64,000 nt of DNA. Source: Naegleria gruberi. Lineage: Eukaryota. The position numbers were made by a program, and so were the translations under genes. The notes beneath the pieces are model-generated. The model saw only the letters and a list, made by a program, of their open reading frames with translations, was not told the DNA's origin and did not search any database. The stretch lies in assembly GCA_000004985.1 (NCBI GenBank), contig GG738859.1. The stretch is one strand, 5' to 3'. Below are positions 58,626 through 64,000 of the stretch, piece by piece (positions within the stretch are counted from its first letter, which is position 1; the number at the start of each line of letters is the position of its first letter).

Positions 58626-59558
58626 TTGATTGTATTAAAATCGAACCTTCTTTCCTTGATTTATAAACTTAATACAATTATGAGAATGAACCCATTGATG
58701 CTTAAAGTTTTTATGTCATCATTTTCATCATCAGCATATTGTTTTGTTTCTAAGGCTTTGAGATTTTTTTTTGGCGCAAATTTGAAAAAAATGATTCTAT
58801 TGGTTGTGATTGTTATTTCTCTCGTGTTGTATGGACTGTTTTATCGGGAAAAGGCTATTGATGAAGAGTGGGGATTTAATTATTGGAAAATATACGATGA
58901 TTATCAGATGGATCGATTTATTGGCCACTTGTTTTTGAACAAGAACATATCACAATTAATTTTTAATATTTATTTGCTATTTTATATTAATATGTATTCA
59001 AGATATTTTAATTATTCGTATTTGGAGGAGATGCTTCAAATTGTTAATTTTATACTAGTTAATTATTGGGTTAATTTCTTGATCTTTAAATATGTAATAA
59101 TCAAATATGGAGAATTAGAAAAACATTTCTCAGGAAAATATATTGTTGGAATTCATTCATTGATTTACAGCTTTAACATGTACTTGTATTTATCAAAGGA
59201 TATTAATACGTTTGGATTTGATGCCTTATGTAGTTTATTGTGTGGCGATTTTCTTTCTCATTTCACTGGAGCTGTTTCTGGGATAATTGTGTATCTTTAT
59301 TTTAATTCTAGTAGAGGAATTGTTGTTCCATTATTGATGTGTTTGGGAATGGCTCTTCTTTTAATTGAATTCAATAGGAAATGGAGATTAAAAATTAAGA
59401 ATAGCTGCATAGAAAATTCGAATGAGGGTTTCACGTATTCAGAAGAGGAAGATCAAGATGAAAGCAAAAGTGAAGAGGAATACTTCTCAGATAATTCCAT
59501 TTATTCTGTAGAATCAGTTGATTATGGTGGATACATAACCAGTGAAATGATAGGTTGA
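58626..59558 (+). CDS. multi-pass membrane protein (about 6 predicted TM segments), possibly rhomboid/derlin-like; acidic C-terminal tail
   Basis: It has hydrophobic segments (MILLVVIVISLVLYGLF, LIFNIYLLFYINMY, IVNFILVNYWVNFLIF, FDALCSLLCGDFL, HFTGAVSGIIVYLYF, VVPLLMCLGMALLLI). A His-x-x-Gly-x-x-x-Gly-like motif HFTGAVSG resembles rhomboid TM6. No clear GxSG serine motif is present. Weak call. Confidence 0.35.
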   Translation: MIVLKSNLLSLIYKLNTIMRMNPLMLKVFMSSFSSSAYCFVSKALRFFFGANLKKMILLVVIVISLVLYGLFYREKAIDEEWGFNYWKIYDDYQMDRFIGHLFLNKNISQLIFNIYLLFYINMYSRYFNYSYLEEMLQIVNFILVNYWVNFLIFKYVIIKYGELEKHFSGKYIVGIHSLIYSFNMYLYLSKDINTFGFDALCSLLCGDFLSHFTGAVSGIIVYLYFNSSRGIVVPLLMCLGMALLLIEFNRKWRLKIKNSCIENSNEGFTYSEEEDQDESKSEEEYFSDNSIYSVESVDYGGYITSEMIG

Positions 59559-59953
59559 GACAAATAATGTAAATGTTGGCAAATCGTATTATTTAGAGAC
59601 AAAATGGTAGATAGAATCAAATCTTAATTTTAGCTAAGATGTGTTTGAATAATACGAAATATTGATCAGGGCTTAAACAAAAATAGCCCAAGATGAAATA
59701 AGCGAAAAATAGGGTTATCCTTTCGTTATTCAATTGATTAAGTTGAATCACTAGTTGTGGGGTATTTACAAATTGAGCAAAATATTAGACACTGAGAAGG
59801 AATCATTCAAGAATCCTTGATTATCTTTACAATCAACATTTGAGAAGTGTAGCCATGAATTTGCAGAGATATTAATAAAACTCAGCTAATTCTATTTTCC
59901 TTTTAAACAATAATTGCCTCTTTCATTGTTCAAGGAAAATTAACTCGAAAAAA

Positions 59954-60160
59954 ATGTTAGAACATCAAGAATTTGTAAAGACATCTTTCCATGAAGTAAA
60001 ACAGGCGTCATCGGGATTGTTGGCAAAATCATATAGACAATGTCCTTCGGAGGCAAAGACTTATGCTCTTTGTGTTCATAAAAATGTAACTAGATTAAAA
60101 CAGGACCTCTGTTCAAAGGAAATTCAATCACTTATGGAATGTATAAAGCGAGCATTGTAA
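59954..60160 (+). CDS. twin Cx9C (CHCH) small protein, likely mitochondrial intermembrane-space, COX19/CMC-like
   Basis: The 68-aa ORF has two Cx9C pairs, CPSEAKTYALC and CSKEIQSLMEC. The second resembles COX19 LCRKESKEYLEC. Confidence 0.55.
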   Translation: MLEHQEFVKTSFHEVKQASSGLLAKSYRQCPSEAKTYALCVHKNVTRLKQDLCSKEIQSLMECIKRAL

Positions 60161-60304
60161 ATTTAAAAAAATCTAAGAACACCAAGTGTAAATAATGTAA
60201 ATAAATAACAGTGAAAAGGTATCATCATTACGACAGGAGAAAATCATTAGGCTGGTTGTGTTGTTTAAATTTTCAGAGATTTTTTCTCTGGATGATGAAA
60301 AAAA

Positions 60305-61320
60305 ATGATGAAACAATTATCGTTACTTTTTGTTCTCTTCCTCACCCTGTCGAGTGTGATGATGATGGTTTCCGCTGATTCAACAACAACAACATTAGGA
60401 GAAAAGAGTTATTGTATCAATGAATTGGATGATAGTTTTATTAACAAGTAATGTATCATCATGTCGATTTAAAGTGTTTTAATAATAATTATTATCTTGT
60501 TCATTGTGATGAAAAAACCTATATAGATGTCATCGTCAAGTACCAACAAACTTTTTAACAATGGTTGCTAATTTTGTTGTTCAATGGGTAAATCCGAGAA
60601 CATTGGCTATTACAGCAGTCATATTTTTACTTGCAATTCCAGTTTTACAAATTGCTTCTGTTAGAAGAGATTCACAAATTATTCGTCATACTCTTGCCAA
60701 GTTTTTACACAACAAGATTGTAATTTTGAATTGTAGGTTTTCAGTTTGAACTTTTACTGAAATATTTCAATAGTTTTACATAGAGTCTGTTATACTCTCG
60801 TTTTGGATGTTGCCTTATATACTGTATTCAGACAAATTAGACCATGTAGTTGTACTACTGATGGAGGAAATACTTTTCAACATTTTGGAAGTCGATATGG
60901 AATGCCATCTGGTGATGCTATGAGTGGAGCAATTTTTGGAATTTTCCTTTTTGATGTTGCCCCTTATCATGGGTGGTTGGCTAGAGCTTTTGCCATTATC
61001 ATTATCCCAATTGTTTGTTTGGAAAGAGTTGTTTTGGGGTATCACACTGTAGCTCAAGTCACTGTTGGCTCATGCATGGGTATTGCTTTGCATTACTATT
61101 CTACTAGAGCTCCTCAATTCATGATCTTCTTTGACGGTATTGTTCAAATCGTTTTAGGTGCCATTCTTCTTCAAGTTGATCCATCTCTTGTCAATGAAAG
61201 AGATTCAATGAGTAAGTTTTTTTAATGATTTCAATTTTATTTGACACTTTAATAGATAACTTGTTCTCTTGGTATGTCTGGGGTGTTTCTTTCCAAATTT
61301 ATGTTTTCATGGAAATGTAA
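60305..61320 (+). CDS. DOLPP1: dolichyl-diphosphate phosphatase (DOLPP1/CWH8, PAP2 family); join(60305..60447,60527..60732,60774..61211,61256..61320); a possible additional 3' exon is listed separately
   Basis: The PAP2 motifs are FRQIRPC (KxxxxxxRP), YGMPSGDAMSG (the PSGH position) and LERVVLGYHTVAQV (SRxxxxxHxxxQ). The gene is collinear with human DOLPP1 (QEPRPCGG...KYGMPSSHSQF...[22 protein letters not shown]...IPNVLWFEY against ours NNLFSWYVW). The introns are 79, 41 and 44 nt and all conserve the frame. Exon 1 is a signal/TM-like N-terminus and is the least certain. Confidence 0.7.
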
Positions 61321-61362
61321 GTTCAGCTATTGAGAATTGATTTTATTAACTATTTTTAACAG

Positions 61363-61621
61363 TGGAAGATACTATTTCAAGAAGAAGAATTTCAAGAAGA
61401 TCAGATATAGTTTGCAACACTTGATTTCCACTAAGCAAATTGGTGAAGAAGTTGACTCTGATATTGATCATGAAAAGGATACCAAGCATCTTGATGCTCA
61501 AATGGATGTTACTAAATTGACTGACTTTGGATTTACTTGTATTTCGTTCACACTGATGTCAATTATTAACTTCTTCAGTACAGCCATCGGCCAAGAAGGT
61601 TGGCTAACTAAAATGCACTAA
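61363..61621 (+). CDS. candidate alternative/extended 3' exon of DOLPP1, or a small tail-anchored ORF
   Basis: The DOLPP1 stop codon TAA at 61318-61320 overlaps a perfect GTAAGT donor at 61317-61322. An acceptor TTTTTAACAG ends at 61362, giving a 46-nt intron. Splicing would continue the frame into ...IGRYYFKKKNFKKIRYSLQHL...DAQMDVTKLTDFGFTCISFTLMSIINFFSTAIGQEGWLTKMH (85 extra aa with a TM segment). The unspliced protein length fits the human homologue better. Confidence 0.3.
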
Positions 61622-61695
61622 ATACCATAAATTAACTTATTAAAAGAACTTCTTTACTCACAAGAAAGCATTCTCTTTTTTGTGGATCAAGATGG

Positions 61696-62536
61696 TCATT
61701 TCATATGTGCCCTTAGTAAACGTATCAGAAAGTTCAATGCCTCATGGGTATTCTCATCTGTTTCTGTTGATCTTACTGTACACACTCCTTCCACTAAAAG
61801 TAGTTTTTCAAACATCATGTTTCGTTGCTCAATTAATTCTTGTAAATATTCATACTTCTTCTCGTTTCGTTCAAGTTTTAACCTTATTTCTTGCTCCAAT
61901 TGTGAACAAAAATGATCAATATCCTCTTGTGATGTTGGTAAATAGTCATTCAGATCATCATTGTACATATCATCTTGCCTGAGAAAATTTTCAATATCCT
62001 GCTCAGCTAGGATGGGAAATAACTTCTTTCTGTATTCTGCATTCTTAATGTAATTAATTGGAGGATTACTCTTTTGTTTTCTTCCAAGAGCACAAACTGC
62101 AGTCTCTCTTCGATCCGTCACTTCTGAATTATCTATCGTTTCAAAATTTCTTGCAGCAAATGTATAGATCCACTGAAGGAATTCAATATTATCTTGTAAC
62201 TTCCCATTTGAAATCTTATCTGATGGTATCGAATAAGGAATCTTCAATTGGGAAAATAATTTCTGTAATTTATCCAAATTTCCCTTCCTATCCAATGGAT
62301 ACGTAGCATTGAAATTAATTCTAGTGAGAGGAAGTTGCTCCGGAAACATTGCATCAAATAACAAAATATAAGCAACGCCATCACTAAATTCCTCCAATTT
62401 TGTATAAGCTGTTTCCAGTATAGCATTCACCCACTCCAATAATTCTAAATTATAATAATTAATTCCTCAATATTTGTTCTTTTTGATCAAAAAGTAACGT
62501 ACCCTTTCTCCCTATTGGAATAAGTTTTGCGGGCAT
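61696..62536 (-). CDS. EB1: EB1 (RP/EB family) microtubule plus-end-binding protein, about 260 aa; complement(join(61696..62444,62503..62536))
   Basis: The calponin-homology domain IGRKGELLEWVNAILETAYTKLEEFSDGVAYILLFDAMFPEQLPLTRINFNA...GKLQDNIEFLQWIY aligns with human EB1 ([51 protein letters not shown]...GKFQDNFEFVQWF). The C-terminal coiled-coil/EBH-like region is EKKYEYLQELIEQRNMMFEKLLL. A 58-nt intron (GTACGT donor; AATTTAG acceptor) sits after a 34-nt first exon, and the total is a multiple of 3. Confidence 0.75.
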
Positions 62537-62660
62537 GTTCAGTTTTTCATTTCTCATTTTTTTTACATAATTTAAATTAAGGCGGGAACTTTTTCTCTCT
62601 TGTCTAGCCCCATTGAAGTAATTGATTTTGATGTGCGCTCGATTAAGATATCATAAAAAA

Positions 62661-63233
62661 ATGAACGCACTTCTATTGAGTGATAATGATAAAGCAAAGA
62701 TGTTGCATGCACTTGGCCCCCTTATTCAGAGATTGGAACAAAGAAAATCTGTCAGAATCCAATGCTTTAATCAATCTCTGACATTGAGTTCAATTTTACA
62801 AAGTTTGAGTAGTTTAATTGTTCGATATGTATTTGAAGAAAAGTCAGTTGGACTTCTCCGAAACCTCAATGTCAGTCTAGTTGGAAAAACCATCTCTAAT
62901 GAATTTGAAAAATCTAGGTGGGAAAATATTAAGAATGAAATTCTTGAGGATACTTATTGGAAAGGAACGATAGCAACATTAATTAGAGTTTGGTTATTGT
63001 GCGATCATTGTTGTCGATCCATCAATGCTGCCCTCAATATTGATCCAATTTCAAGTATTTCAGAGCAAGACGAAATGCCAACAACTTTTGAATTGAGACA
63101 AGCAGTGAGAAACAACTTTTCGGATGGATTAAACCCATATTTTCAAGATAAGGGATTTTCTATTCAAGACCTCAATCAAATGTTAAACACCCTTGATCAA
63201 TTACAAAATTATTTATCCAACCCTGTTATTTGA
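62661..63233 (+). CDS. hypothetical protein (about 190 aa), no recognised domain
   Basis: A GC-richer ORF with coding-like composition lies divergent to EB1 across about 125 bp. No motifs were recognised. Confidence 0.3.
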   Translation: MNALLLSDNDKAKMLHALGPLIQRLEQRKSVRIQCFNQSLTLSSILQSLSSLIVRYVFEEKSVGLLRNLNVSLVGKTISNEFEKSRWENIKNEILEDTYWKGTIATLIRVWLLCDHCCRSINAALNIDPISSISEQDEMPTTFELRQAVRNNFSDGLNPYFQDKGFSIQDLNQMLNTLDQLQNYLSNPVI

Positions 63234-63481
63234 AAATACGTGTTTGTTATTTTTCATTGTTGTAAAAAATCTAAACTGCTAAAATAAAAAAAGTGAAACC
63301 TTCATCGTCTCTCTCACGAACGTCCTCGTCTTTATCGACAACTTCAACATCAACAGCACCATCAGCTTCGGATTGGGTTTTAATTGATAAAAAATCCTTG
63401 AAATCATCTCCAAGATCTCCATCATTAAATAATCAAAATTCTGATTTATCATCACCAACTTCTCCATCATTAAATAACATC

Positions 63482-64000
63482 ATGGGTGCTATCTTTTCGC
63501 TTTTTCATAAGAAGGAAACAAAAGTCAGTGAACAGGACAAGGCTGTTCTAGAATTAAAAACTCAACGTGACAAAATCAAGGTCTACCAAAAGAAATTACA
63601 AACAGTTATTCAGAAAGAACGAGATGTGGCCAAACAATTGGTACAAGAAGGAAAGAAGGATTTGGCCATGTTGGCTTTAAAGAAGAAAAAGTATCAAGAA
63701 AGTTTATTAGAAAAAACTCATAAACAATTAGATAATCTCCAACAAATGGTTGATCAATTAGAATTTGCTCAAATTGAAAAACAAATTTTGGATGGACTTA
63801 AACAAGGAAAACAAGCTTTGGATACTTTACAAAAGGAAATGGGATCATTGGAAGATATTGAAAAATTGATGGACGAAACACGTGAAGCAATTCAATATCA
63901 AGAAGAAGTCAGTAGAATCTTGAGTGAAAGTCTTACACCTGAAGATCTTACTGATGTTGAAGAAGATTTGAACGAATTGGAAGCACAATTGTTAAAGGAA
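63482..64000 (+). CDS. CHMP6: ESCRT-III subunit CHMP6/Vps20 (Snf7 family), 3' partial at window end
   Basis: MGAIFSLFHKKETKVSEQDKAVLELKTQRDKIKVYQKKLQTVIQKERDVAKQLVQEGKKDLAMLALKKKKYQESLLEKTHKQLDNLQQMVDQLEFAQIE aligns residue-for-residue with human CHMP6 (MGNLFGRKKQSRVTEQDKAILQLKQQRDKLRQYQKRIAQQLERERALARQLLRDGRKERAKLLLKKKRYQEQLLDRTENQISSLEAMVQSIEFTQIE). The N-terminal MG myristoylation motif is conserved. The ORF is open to position 64000. Confidence 0.85.
   Translation, partial: MGAIFSLFHKKETKVSEQDKAVLELKTQRDKIKVYQKKLQTVIQKERDVAKQLVQEGKKDLAMLALKKKKYQESLLEKTHKQLDNLQQMVDQLEFAQIEKQILDGLKQGKQALDTLQKEMGSLEDIEKLMDETREAIQYQEEVSRILSESLTPEDLTDVEEDLNELEAQLLKE

Overview
This is a very AT-rich eukaryotic nuclear window. 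Homopolymeric Asn/Gln/His tracts, TAA stops and AT-rich GT-AG introns are most consistent with a dictyostelid-type social amoeba; the species cannot be determined from the sequence. The window is gene-dense, with about 30 protein-coding genes on both strands, an assembly gap of 380 N (19909-20288) and two RNA polymerase III genes. Confidently recognised genes include mevalonate kinase, IscU, WDR75/UTP17, a coactosin-like ADF-H protein, a class I cAMP phosphodiesterase, HRD1, a mitochondrial carrier, CCDC53/WASHC3, RPL7, UTP20, a DUF789 protein, a 2668-aa RasGEF, NOC4, an NCA2-like protein, DOLPP1, EB1 and CHMP6 (3' partial). The RNA genes are a tRNA-Thr(AGU) and a 5S rRNA, about 200 bp apart on the minus strand next to RPL7. 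The most unusual feature is a roughly 2000-aa gene at 16979-23019 that fuses an N-terminal Ser/Thr kinase domain, a P-loop STAND/AAA NTPase with a TPR-like region, a GAF-like domain and a C-terminal class III adenylyl cyclase domain. Introns range from about 134 nt down to 36-57 nt. At least seven apparent +/-1 frameshifts interrupt otherwise conserved, mostly essential genes, which most likely reflects indel errors in a draft assembly. A short nuclear LSU rDNA fragment lies at about 15.6 kb in a GC-richer island flanked by F-box/LRR genes. Base composition is strikingly heterogeneous, with GC-richer compact genes at 10.6-23 kb and 52-64 kb versus extreme-AT giant low-complexity genes at 23-52 kb. 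All identifications rest on motif recognition by eye; no searches were run.
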